The position numbers were made by a program, and so were the translations under genes. The notes under the pieces were generated by a model. The model made no database searches. It had not been told where the DNA came from and saw nothing but the letters and a program-made list of their open reading frames with translations. DNA of 36,062 bases. It comes from Burkholderiales bacterium. Lineage in GTDB: Bacteria > Pseudomonadota > Gammaproteobacteria > Burkholderiales > SG8-41. Positions 25,646 to 34,584 of the stretch are shown in pieces (positions within the stretch are counted from its first letter, which is position 1; every line of letters starts with the position of its first letter). Location of the stretch: assembly GCA_005800795.1 (NCBI GenBank), contig SYEN01000232.1, forward strand, positions 1 through 36,062. The letters are read 5' to 3'.

Positions 25646-26794
25646 ATGCCAGCCGCGATTGCACTCCTGTTAACCCTTTCCACCGCGCTGTTCATCGCTT
25701 CCAAGGGCAATCGCATTCTGGTCACACTCACCGCCGTGGATGCGGGGGCGGGCCCACTGCAAATCGGCATCCTGTTCGCGCTGCACGGGCTGTTTCCCTT
25801 TCTGCTGGCGATTGTCGCAGGACGCCTGGCCGACCGTATCGACAACCAGCGGTTGATCTACAGCGGCATCGCCGTATTTGCATGCAGCCTCGCGCTACCG
25901 TACATATGGCCCGGTCTGGGCACGCTGTTTGTTTCTGCGGCTGTCGGCGGCCTCGGCAATATGCTGTTCGTGCTCGCATTGCAGAATCTCATCGGCGTGT
26001 TGTCCACAGCCGCCACGCGCAGGCGAAATTACAGCTGGTATGCGCTGGGCGAATCGGCCGGGCATGGCCTGGGCCCGATAGGCATCGGCCTGTGCATCGA
26101 CAACTTCAGCACCTCGACAGCGTTTTTGATCGCTGCCTTGTTCAGCGCGATTTGGCTGCCGGTGGCGTATTGCTTTCGGCAACATTTTCCCGCAGTCAAA
26201 CCGCAGGAACTCAAAGCAGAAAATACGACTCGCAGCAGCCTCGATCTGCTCAAGCTGCCCGCGATGCGCATGGCACTTATTACCAATGGCGTGTTCATGA
26301 TCGGCTTTGATTTGTTCAACCTGTACATTCCCGTGTACGGTCGCGGTCTGGGTCTTAGCGCCACCGCTATCGGGCTCATCGTGGGTGCCTACGCACTCGC
26401 GGCGGTCATAACGCGCGGTTTTCTACCCGTGGCCAGCGCGCGCTGGAGCACGCGGCACATTCTCACGCTGGCGCTCGCAGCACCCGCTTGCGCGTTCGTG
26501 TTGATACCGTTCATCGGCAGCGTGTGGCTGTTGGCGCCACTGGCGTTCGTAATCGGCCTCGGCGTCGGCTGCGGCATGCCGCTATCGATGGAACTCGCCT
26601 TCAACGCTTCGCCAGAAGGCCGCACGGCCGAATCCGTTGCCATGCGGCTTACCGTCAGCTTTGGCGCACATGTTTTCATACCGCCGCTGTTTGGCGCGCT
26701 CGGGGCGGCCATCGGATTGGCGCCCGTGTTCTGGGTGTGTGCCATGGCGTTGGGTGGCGGTGCGGCCATGCATGCGCGGCACAAGACCGAATAA
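25646..26794 (+). CDS. MFS-type transporter
   Basis: 382 aa, hydrophobic throughout with multiple predicted TM segments. Short charged loops (GRLADRID) are typical of the MFS motif A region. Confidence 0.7.
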   Translation: MPAAIALLLTLSTALFIASKGNRILVTLTAVDAGAGPLQIGILFALHGLFPFLLAIVAGRLADRIDNQRLIYSGIAVFACSLALPYIWPGLGTLFVSAAVGGLGNMLFVLALQNLIGVLSTAATRRRNYSWYALGESAGHGLGPIGIGLCIDNFSTSTAFLIAALFSAIWLPVAYCFRQHFPAVKPQELKAENTTRSSLDLLKLPAMRMALITNGVFMIGFDLFNLYIPVYGRGLGLSATAIGLIVGAYALAAVITRGFLPVASARWSTRHILTLALAAPACAFVLIPFIGSVWLLAPLAFVIGLGVGCGMPLSMELAFNASPEGRTAESVAMRLTVSFGAHVFIPPLFGALGAAIGLAPVFWVCAMALGGGAAMHARHKTE

Positions 26795-26834
26795 GAGCGA
26801 AATCAGCAAGGTCGTCCACGTCAGTGGCAATACC

Positions 26835-26863
26835 GTAAGTATTTGTTTTAATTGATCTTTTTT
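26835..26863 (+). repeat. AT-rich motif family, copy g
   Basis: gtaagtatttgttttaattgatctttttt lies in the spacer between two convergent 3' ends. Confidence 0.65.
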
Positions 26864-27661
26864 AAACGTCCACTAATCCCAGTGCATGCAGCATCTTGCG
26901 GCTGAACACGCGCCCATTACCCCAAAAGGTCATCCGCGCATTACCGGTAATGAGTTTAGCCGACCAGCAATTGGCGGCCTGTTCCTCCTGCCATACCGGG
27001 TATTCGAGCGCCTTGCCCAGCGCATCGATCAGGAACGCGATGTGTTCTGCACTGATGTCCGGCGCGCCGGCAAACACGCCTGGCCATTCCCTTTCACCAC
27101 ATCATCCATTGCGTAAAGCGCCAACTCAAATACCCGTAAATTGAGCTTGCGCGGATCAGCGCCGGCATGCATCAGCAACTGCCCCAGCGCCACATGATTG
27201 GTCGTGCCAATGGCCGTCGCCAGCGCAACTTTCATCGCGGCAGGATCAGCCGCCAGCGTGGACAGCAATGTCTTCGCATCCCGCAACGGCGAAGCCGCCG
27301 GCACGATAAACGCCAGATATTCCGAGTAAAGATTCGCCACGGGTGTTAACTCCGTATGATCGTAATCGCTAATGCCCTGAACACGGTTGCTCAACAGCGG
27401 CGTCGCGCTGATCGACAACACATGCGGATCGCCCACCCTCGCCCGCAATGCATCCCAAGCCTTGCCGCCACCCTTACCAGAGATGTTGGTGATATTCATC
27501 GGCATATCCACGAGACCGGCGCTTTGCATGATGTGCATCAGCGTGCGGGCAAGTCGGTCCTGGCCGCCGCCGGGTGGGGTGCCTACGATGAATTCAATTG
27601 CTTGGGTGAGGCGCCAGCCATCTCCGCCTATAGCTATGTTTGTATCAGGTCGATTCGGCAT
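26862..27661 (-). pseudogene. Decayed Bug/TctC-like binding-protein gene
   Basis: ORF 27661-27029 (IEFIVGTPPGGGQDRLAR...) continues in another frame as ORF 27077-26862 (VFAGAPDISAEH...). Compared with the intact Bug genes here, roughly 50 residues of the hinge/second lobe are missing. There is no signal peptide after the first ATG. Confidence 0.5.
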
Positions 27662-28030
27662 TTTTTTCCTTTTTTTCAGATTTGAAGGCCTATCAGCGCT
27701 AATTGCAGGAACACCGCAAATAGTGTGTGTTAATGCTGCCAGTCATTAAATTTCAATAAATTCAAATAAATACACAAACCAAATCGATTAATGCGCCGAC
27801 ACTTTACAGGCATCCTCGCAGGATGCTCTACCACGCCACATCCCCCATAAATCAACAAACGAATGTAAATGCTTCACAAAATTAAGCGGAACTATTTACC
27901 ACTCTCCTGTTCGCCAAATCTGTAACTTACGCGAAACGATTTAGCAATAATTGAAACAATCAAGATACTGCGTCGCCAAGTTTGCTTTCTTCGAGTTCCC
28001 AAATTACGACATTTCCAAGAGGGTGTCGCC

Positions 28031-28504
28031 ATGAATCTCACGGATCATTTTACGCTTGAAGAGCTGGTGTTTTCCCAGACCGCCGTGCGTGACAACATTG
28101 ATAATAAGCCGAACAACGGACAGTTCCAAAATCTCAAGAATCTGTGCGTCAACATCCTTGAGCCAGTTCGCGTGAGTATAAACAGGCCCATCGCTGTCAC
28201 CTCCGGCTTTCGCAGTGAGCGGCTAAATAAAGCGGTCGGCGGATCGCCCGATAGTCAGCACATGAAAGGACAGGCTGCGGACATCGTGTGCTTTGGGATG
28301 TCCGCAAAATCGCTGTTCAAACGGATCCTCGAGTTGGGCATTCCATACGACCAGATCATTTACGAAGGCGCGCAGACGAACGCGTGGGTTCACATATCGT
28401 TCGACGCCGTGCAATCCCGACGCAGCATACTGCTGGCGACGTTTCCACCTGCGGGCGGCGTTCAATACGCCAAATTGACCAAGACAGAAGCAATGAATCT
28501 ATAA
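28031..28504 (+). CDS. Peptidase M15-family (endolysin-like D-Ala-D-Ala carboxypeptidase/L-Ala-D-Glu peptidase fold)
   Basis: HFTLEELVFSQTA...VTSGFRSERLNKAVGGSPDSQHMKGQAADI...WVHIS carries the H-x6-D...H zinc motif of phage-type M15 peptidoglycan hydrolases. There is no signal peptide. It lies in the lower-GC region. Confidence 0.8.
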   Translation: MNLTDHFTLEELVFSQTAVRDNIDNKPNNGQFQNLKNLCVNILEPVRVSINRPIAVTSGFRSERLNKAVGGSPDSQHMKGQAADIVCFGMSAKSLFKRILELGIPYDQIIYEGAQTNAWVHISFDAVQSRRSILLATFPPAGGVQYAKLTKTEAMNL

Positions 28505-28578
28505 ACGGCTGTTCACTCGGTCGACAAATCGCAAAATGGAAAACCCTCAAGTTCAAATCAGCATCTCAGGAGATGGAT

Positions 28579-29127
28579 ATGAATAGCCTTCCTAGAATAG
28601 CCGCAATCTGCATCGCCCTGACATTGCCGGGCTGCGCCAATCTCGGCGGCGGGATTGCAACCGCCGCGTGGCCTTGGCCAGAGAACAGTGTGAAATTGTG
28701 CGGCCCCTGCAACGCGAAGCAGGCGTTGATTGCCTTTAATGATGCAAGCAAATTTTGCCGCGACGTGCAGAACTATTATGAATCAGGCGGTCGACGGCAA
28801 GGTTCAAACCAAGTCTACATAGGCGCATTAGGCTCCATCGCAGGGAGCGTTCTGGCCCCGATATCAAAAGGAACGGCGGCTACCGCCTGGTCCGGTTTAT
28901 CTGGCGCGACCAATGCATTACAGTTGTCGATTGACGAAGCATTTTCTGCCAACGTTGCGGTCAAGCGGCGTGTTGCCGTCTCGGACGCGGCAAAAACTGC
29001 AGCGAACGCATACAACACTGAAACAGACTACGACAAGAAATTTGCATCAGCGGTAAACATGGCTCGCAATTGTGCAATGGGGGCGGCCGACGCGGATAAA
29101 ATTATTCTAAAAGCAATAACAGATTAG
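28579..29127 (+). CDS. Lipoprotein of unknown function
   Basis: AGGAG lies 6 nt before ATG 28579. The signal plus lipobox is MNSLPRIAAICIALTLPGC. The mature part is Ala/Gly-rich with four further Cys. I recognise no family. Confidence 0.7.
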   Translation: MNSLPRIAAICIALTLPGCANLGGGIATAAWPWPENSVKLCGPCNAKQALIAFNDASKFCRDVQNYYESGGRRQGSNQVYIGALGSIAGSVLAPISKGTAATAWSGLSGATNALQLSIDEAFSANVAVKRRVAVSDAAKTAANAYNTETDYDKKFASAVNMARNCAMGAADADKIILKAITD

Positions 29128-29207
29128 CGACCGGCAATTGAATCAAAAGAATGTCTTATAAGAGATTGGCATCCAAGTCGTTCCCCGTCCGAAGTCGAGG
29201 AGCAAAC

Positions 29208-30284
29208 ATGAATCTGCCAAAAATCACGAACCGGTCTCACCTGCTTTTGATGGCGCTGTGCGCATCGGGATATGCAGGTAGTGGTTACTGTGCAAGTTCC
29301 GATACTGTGAGCATCGTTGAATTGCAGAAGTGCCGGGATGCTGGCGATAACGATGCCAGTCTCAAGTGCTATCAATTGTTGACAAAGGCATCCGAGAAAG
29401 CGACAACGGTGCTGGCGGACAGGTCCAAATCCGCATCCATCGAAGGCTGGGACACCCAATACACCCGGGGAAAAATCCTCGACAACATGGAATTTAGTTA
29501 TTTCACCGCAGGCACCGGCGCACGCATAGGTGCCGACCAGACCACGGCTAACATGCTCTACGAAGCGCAGATATTCAAGAATATCTCGTGGTACGAGTGG
29601 AAACTCGGACAATCGAAGATTTGGCTCGATATACCCGTCAAAATTACCGTGCGGCAACTCACGGAAAACTCTAAACCCGTGCGCACCCCCAGCTATGTCC
29701 CGGGCGTGCGGCTTTATATGTCCTCAGACGCTATCTTGAACGAGAAAAATTACCTCACCTACTACAGCTTGGGCTTTCATCACTATTCCAACGGACAGGA
29801 AGGCACGCCAGAGACACGCGAGGGGCTGGCAAATACGCGCAGCGGCAGTTTCAACTCTAACTACGTTGAAGCGGCAGGCCATATCTTCCAGAAGGACGCC
29901 GACTGGGTGGAAACGGGCCGATTGGCGTTTCGCCAACACCTTTATGGCACTTGGGAGTCGTTTCAGTTGGAGCGATATCCCAAACGCCACGTATCTCTCG
30001 AACTCAGAACACCAGAATTCTTCCGCGACCGCCCTACGCAATTCCGGCTGACCGAAACCGTGAGCTGGGGTAACCGATACGCCGTCAAAAACGACGTGAT
30101 CCCCGCGCTAAACGCCGAAGCCCGCATTCGAGACAGATTTCACACGACTTTTGAAGTGCTATCGCGCGTTAGCCCCAGGAGCAGCCTTGCATGGTATGTT
30201 CGCTACGACCTCGGGCGCGACTACTACAATATCAATTTCCAGAATCGCATGAATCGTTTTCAAATTGGCGTCGCGGCGCGGTAA
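29208..30284 (+). CDS. Outer-membrane phospholipase A (OMPLA/PldA)-like protein
   Basis: GAGGAG SD before ATG 29208, then a signal peptide. The catalytic-type motif is HHYSNG (His-x-Ser-Asn-Gly). NSKPVRTPSYVPG and the C-terminal YYNINFQNRMNRFQIGV resemble the E. coli PldA segments SSPFRETNYEPQ and LIDYNFNQTRVGVGV as I recall them. Confidence 0.7.
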   Translation: MNLPKITNRSHLLLMALCASGYAGSGYCASSDTVSIVELQKCRDAGDNDASLKCYQLLTKASEKATTVLADRSKSASIEGWDTQYTRGKILDNMEFSYFTAGTGARIGADQTTANMLYEAQIFKNISWYEWKLGQSKIWLDIPVKITVRQLTENSKPVRTPSYVPGVRLYMSSDAILNEKNYLTYYSLGFHHYSNGQEGTPETREGLANTRSGSFNSNYVEAAGHIFQKDADWVETGRLAFRQHLYGTWESFQLERYPKRHVSLELRTPEFFRDRPTQFRLTETVSWGNRYAVKNDVIPALNAEARIRDRFHTTFEVLSRVSPRSSLAWYVRYDLGRDYYNINFQNRMNRFQIGVAAR

Positions 30285-30300
30285 TGCGCGTAAGGCAGCG

Positions 30301-31242
30301 TCAGGGTCGTGAGTGGCTCCGCGCACTGCCATCTGCCCACAACACCAACACATCCCAAACCGTCCGATTACAAGGCGTAGCCACGCCCACCTTCTGCCCC
30401 AACCGCACGACGCCCCCTGCGAGCGACTCCACCTCAAGCCGGTTGCCGTTTTTCAAATCGTGATGCAACGATGAATCCATCGTCGCCGGCACGCTGTCGG
30501 CGAATTTCAATCGGTCATCCGCGTAATCTTCCGGCAACGCCACGCCCAACGCCCTCCCCACGGCGACGGCTTCTTTCATCAAGTCATGCAGGAAGGCGCG
30601 CGTTTGCGGGTTTTCGCAGATGGGACCTATCGTTGTGCGCATACTCGCGGTGGCGCCGGAAAGTCCCACCAGAAACGTGTATTTCTCCCACAGCGTGCGG
30701 CGGATGTCGATTGATAGTTCGGCCTGGATGCCGGCTTTGAGCAATGCGGCGAGCAGATTTTCCGAGCGCTCGGATTTTTTGCCATCGTATTCGCCGAACA
30801 CCAACCGCTGCAACGTACCGACCTGATTGATCACGCCGGGGCGCGAGATATGCGTGCCCACGTAAGCCACGCCGCCCATCAGCGCTTGTTCGCCGAAGAT
30901 GCTACCGAGGATGTCGTCTTTCACCACGCCGTTTTGCAGCGACAACACGGCTGTGTGTGGCCCGGCGATGGGCTTCAAGATTTTTGCCACGGCTTCGGTA
31001 TCCCATAGCTTGACGGCGAACAGGATCAGGTCTGGCGTGCCTGCTGATGTGGGGTCGTCGATGACTTTGACGGGCTTTACCAGTGTATTACCCAGCGTGG
31101 CGTTTTCGATCAGCAGGCCGTGCTCACGCATGGCTGCAAGATGCGCGCCACGCGCAACGAAGGTAACATCGCAACCCACACTGGCCAGACGCCCGCCGTA
31201 GAGGCCGCCGACGCCGCCGGAACCCATCACGAGTATTTTCAT
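30301..31242 (-). CDS. Ketopantoate reductase (ApbA/PanE) family oxidoreductase
   Basis: N-terminal Rossmann motif MKILVMGSGGVGGLYGG. The length (313 aa) and C-terminal domain pattern fit the 2-dehydropantoate 2-reductase family. Confidence 0.75.
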   Translation of the reverse strand: MKILVMGSGGVGGLYGGRLASVGCDVTFVARGAHLAAMREHGLLIENATLGNTLVKPVKVIDDPTSAGTPDLILFAVKLWDTEAVAKILKPIAGPHTAVLSLQNGVVKDDILGSIFGEQALMGGVAYVGTHISRPGVINQVGTLQRLVFGEYDGKKSERSENLLAALLKAGIQAELSIDIRRTLWEKYTFLVGLSGATASMRTTIGPICENPQTRAFLHDLMKEAVAVGRALGVALPEDYADDRLKFADSVPATMDSSLHHDLKNGNRLEVESLAGGVVRLGQKVGVATPCNRTVWDVLVLWADGSARSHSRP

Positions 31243-31246
31243 TTTT

Positions 31247-31267
31247 CCTTTAAAAACAATTGGTTAC
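31247..31267 (-). repeat. AT-rich motif family, copy h (left half only)
   Basis: The reverse complement GTAACCAATTGTTTTTAAAGG runs directly into AAAGGAAAA-ATG of the ketopantoate-reductase-family gene. Confidence 0.5.
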
Positions 31268-31284
31268 GACGATTCAGCGCGCTA

Positions 31285-31878
31285 TCACTTTGCCCCGGGC
31301 TTTTGATGGTTATGCCGCATTTCCGCCAGCATGTTGCAAAACAGCGCGCCTTGTTCGAGCGCGTCTTCCACCGCAACATGCGTATGCGGCAACGGGTCGT
31401 ACCAGTGGCGCGGCAGAAACTCCTTGGTGGTGCGCTGCCAGTTGGTGTTGGTGAGCGACATCGCAAGCGTACGCAGGTCAATGCCCGAATGCCGGAACGG
31501 GCTGGCGCCGGTGAACTTGAACAAATACCACTGCACAAACATGAAATCGAAGGTCACCGGAAACCCGACAAACACCGGCAAGCCCGGCAGCTTTTTCAGC
31601 CACGTCAGCAGCGCGCGCATCGCCTGCTCAGGCGGCTGTGTGTCCTTGCGATGCGCGACCCAAGCCTCCCTTTGCGTCTCCCACCACGCCATGGTAACGG
31701 GATGTCCGGTGGCGCCGGGGAGCATTTCAAGATTGACGGAGAACGTACCAATCAGCGTTTTGTCTGCAAGGTAAGCCGCGCAGCCCACACTCAGCATTGA
31801 ATGCGGTCCGGGGATGGGGCCATCGGTCTCTACATCGGTGCTGACGTAGATTTCGGGCAGATCGGGATGTTCGGCCAT
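31285..31878 (-). CDS. DEDDh-type 3'-5' exonuclease domain protein
   Basis: Exo I is DVETDG, Exo II is the FDFMFV region, and Exo III is HTHVAVEDA (H-x4-D). Confidence 0.65.
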   Translation of the reverse strand: MAEHPDLPEIYVSTDVETDGPIPGPHSMLSVGCAAYLADKTLIGTFSVNLEMLPGATGHPVTMAWWETQREAWVAHRKDTQPPEQAMRALLTWLKKLPGLPVFVGFPVTFDFMFVQWYLFKFTGASPFRHSGIDLRTLAMSLTNTNWQRTTKEFLPRHWYDPLPHTHVAVEDALEQGALFCNMLAEMRHNHQKPGAK

Positions 31879-31895
31879 GTAGGACTCGCAAAAAC

Positions 31896-32933
31896 TTATA
31901 GCGCCTTAAGCGAATCAATCACCTTGCGCTCGATCACGATGCCCTCGACACGCCGCCGTTCACGCTCCTTGTTGGCGCGCTCCGACGGTATGCGGATTTC
32001 CGACACGCCCGCGCGTTTGGGCAGCGCCTTCATCTCGCGCACGTACTCCGACATGCGCTGCTTGAAATCGTCACCCGGCAGCATGATTTCGGGGTTCACC
32101 GCCCAGAACAAAAAGCCGTAGTCGCGCACCATGCCTTTCGACAGGAACGACCCTGCCAGCAGGCCCAGCGCTTGTATCGCGAAACTCAGGCCGTAGCCCT
32201 TGTAGACGTGCTCCTTACCGCCGAAAGGTGTAACGCCGCCTTTCAGCACGGCCGTGGCATCTTGCGTAGGGTTGCCGTGTTCATCGACGCCGACACCTTC
32301 GGGCAGTGGCTCGCCCAGGTGCGCGTGCAGCATGATGTCGCCCCACATCAGCGAGGCAGTACCGATGTCGAACGTGATCGGCCCTTCCTCCGACGGAAAA
32401 CCAAAACAGATCGGGTTTGTGCCCAGCGCGGGCTTGGTTGCCCCGGGCGGCACCACGTGCGGCTGCGCGCTTGCGGTGTGCATGGCGACGTAGCCTTCCT
32501 TTACGATTTGTTCGACAAAATACGCGTTGCGCCCACTGTAGTAGCTGTTGTAGACACCTACACAGGCTATACCGTGCGCCTTGGCTTTTTCCAGCGCTTT
32601 TTGCGCGGCGTGATAACACGCCACATAGCCGACGTTGTTGCCGGCATCCATGAGTGCGGACACCGGCGTTTCTTTAATCACGGTGATCGGCTTGCGGCCG
32701 AGCTTGAGTTTTTTGTCGGTCGCCATCGCCAAAATGCGCGGCAGGCCCGCAAACTTGTAGCCGCACAGCATGTTGTCGATCAGCTGATCGACCACGATAC
32801 GCGCGTCGTCAGCGCTGTAGCCGATGCGCTTGACCGCCGTCTCGCCGATGTCACGCGCTTCCGCTACTGTTAGGCGCACGGTGTCGGATTCGTCGAGGTC
32901 AAGCAGGTTATTGGTTGAAGTAGCAGATTTCAT
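31896..32933 (-). CDS. Ldh_2-family (malate/L-lactate/sulfolactate dehydrogenase-like) oxidoreductase
   Basis: The pattern is [12 protein letters not shown]...[12 protein letters not shown]...D.GTAS...G...GGKEH.YKGYGL. Confidence 0.75.
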   Translation of the reverse strand: MKSATSTNNLLDLDESDTVRLTVAEARDIGETAVKRIGYSADDARIVVDQLIDNMLCGYKFAGLPRILAMATDKKLKLGRKPITVIKETPVSALMDAGNNVGYVACYHAAQKALEKAKAHGIACVGVYNSYYSGRNAYFVEQIVKEGYVAMHTASAQPHVVPPGATKPALGTNPICFGFPSEEGPITFDIGTASLMWGDIMLHAHLGEPLPEGVGVDEHGNPTQDATAVLKGGVTPFGGKEHVYKGYGLSFAIQALGLLAGSFLSKGMVRDYGFLFWAVNPEIMLPGDDFKQRMSEYVREMKALPKRAGVSEIRIPSERANKERERRRVEGIVIERKVIDSLKAL

Positions 32934-32988
32934 GTGATGTCTCTGAAAACCTTTCTGAAGTTGCCGCAGTGGCGAGCGCAGTGGCGAA

Positions 32989-34473
32989 TTAGCCCTTCGT
33001 CACCGCGGCCCCTGCACCTTCACCCGCAATCTTGCCAAACACACAGCCCGACACCAGCCCCGTGCCCGCAGGGTAGTTGAAATAAAAAATCCCACCGACC
33101 ATCTCGCCTGCGGCGTACAAACCGGGGATCGGCTGATAACCCAGATCGAGTACCTGGCCGGTTTCGTGATTGATGCGCAAGCCACCGAAGGTGAAGGTGA
33201 TGCCGCAAGTCACGCCATAAGCCTCGAATGGCGGCGTGTCGAGCACATGGGCCCAATTGGTCTTGGGCGGCTCAATGCCGACGGTGCCACGGCCATCACG
33301 GATGGCGTGGTTATAGGGCACCTGGGTTTGCACTGAGACGTTGTATTCACGCACGGTCTTGAGAAACTGCTGCGCGTCGACACCTTCCATATTCTGCGCA
33401 AGTTCTTCCAGCGTGTTGCCACTGAATTTGGTGACCTCGCGCCCGCTGTATTCTTTTTTCAGCAGCGCTTTCGATTTGGCGTCGAACACCTGATAAGCAT
33501 ATTGCCCGGTTTGCTTCAACACCTCGGCGCCGTATTTGGCGTAGGTGTAGTTGTAAAAATCAGCGCCCTCGTCGACGAAGCGCTTGCCCTCGGCGTTGAT
33601 CATCAGAGAATACGGATAGCTATGGCGATACGGATCGTGCGATTTCTCGACGATGCCGAATTCCGGTGCGTGGCGCTCCCACGACACCGCGTGACGTCCC
33701 GACCAATTGCCGTACGGACAAGCGCCGATGTCCAGCGCCATTTTCAAACCTTCACCGAGGTTGTGACGCGTGCCGCGCACTTTGGCGAGCTCCCAGCCCG
33801 GACCGAGATAGCGCGTGCGCCACTCGGGGTTCGACTCGAAACCGCCACAGGCGAGAACCACCGCTTTCGCGCCGTACTCCACCGGCACGCCTTTTTGTTT
33901 GGCGCGCACGCCTTTGACGTTGACCCCGTCGTAGATCAGCGAAATCGCGCGTGTTTCGTAAAAAATCGCAATGCCTTTTTTCGCCGCCATTTTGGTGAGA
34001 TCGTCCACCAATCCTGCGCCCCCGCCGTTCAAATGCAGCGGAAAGCGCCCGAAAAATTTGCGCTTGCCGTTCACAATGGCCGACTGATTGGCGTAGTTTG
34101 GCGTGAACGAACCGCCTTGCTTGCGCAGCCACACCATGGTGGGGAAACTCTTGGTGATCAGCGCTTCGCTCAAGTAGGGATCGGTGCGAAATGCGGTGAC
34201 ACGATATAAATCATCGTAAAACTCATCGACCGAATTGGAATCCCAGTCCGTGTTCTTGGCTTCATCCTCGGGTATATCGGTGAGTTGTTGGAGTTCCGCA
34301 ACCTTACTGTACGCAAACCGCATCACCCCGCCCGCGAAACGGCTGTTGCCGCCGGATTCATCGATATTCGCTGCTTCCAGTAAGGCCACTGACGCGCCCA
34401 TGTCACTCGCCGCCAGCGCTGCGCACAGCGCTGCATTGCCCTTACCTACCACTACAACATCATACGATTGCAT
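32989..34473 (-). CDS. FAD-binding dehydrogenase, fumarate-reductase/TcuA-like flavoprotein
   Basis: N-terminal YDVVVVGKGNAALCAALAA...GGNSRF and C-terminal GLYAAGEMVGG are typical of the FAD_binding_2 family. The N-terminus resembles tricarballylate dehydrogenase TcuA. Confidence 0.7.
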   Translation of the reverse strand: MQSYDVVVVGKGNAALCAALAASDMGASVALLEAANIDESGGNSRFAGGVMRFAYSKVAELQQLTDIPEDEAKNTDWDSNSVDEFYDDLYRVTAFRTDPYLSEALITKSFPTMVWLRKQGGSFTPNYANQSAIVNGKRKFFGRFPLHLNGGGAGLVDDLTKMAAKKGIAIFYETRAISLIYDGVNVKGVRAKQKGVPVEYGAKAVVLACGGFESNPEWRTRYLGPGWELAKVRGTRHNLGEGLKMALDIGACPYGNWSGRHAVSWERHAPEFGIVEKSHDPYRHSYPYSLMINAEGKRFVDEGADFYNYTYAKYGAEVLKQTGQYAYQVFDAKSKALLKKEYSGREVTKFSGNTLEELAQNMEGVDAQQFLKTVREYNVSVQTQVPYNHAIRDGRGTVGIEPPKTNWAHVLDTPPFEAYGVTCGITFTFGGLRINHETGQVLDLGYQPIPGLYAAGEMVGGIFYFNYPAGTGLVSGCVFGKIAGEGAGAAVTKG

Positions 34474-34584
34474 TGCTTCCCCTTAAATTCTCTCTCATTT
34501 CAAACAGTCATCTTCGCGCATGGAAACAATGGGGCGTTATCCCATTGCGCCTCGTACATTGTTCGACGTTACAGCTTTCCGGCG

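Noticed and set aside
27810-27826. Hairpin gcatcct-cgc-aggatgc in the AT-rich spacer of the island
   Set aside because: It has a 7-bp stem and no flanking T- or A-run, so its function is undeterminable from sequence.
32965-32987. Tandem cgcagtggcga x2 (12-nt period) between the TcuA-like and Ldh_2 genes
   Set aside because: It is very short, has only two units and has no other copies in the window. It may be a trivial duplication in an intra-operon spacer.
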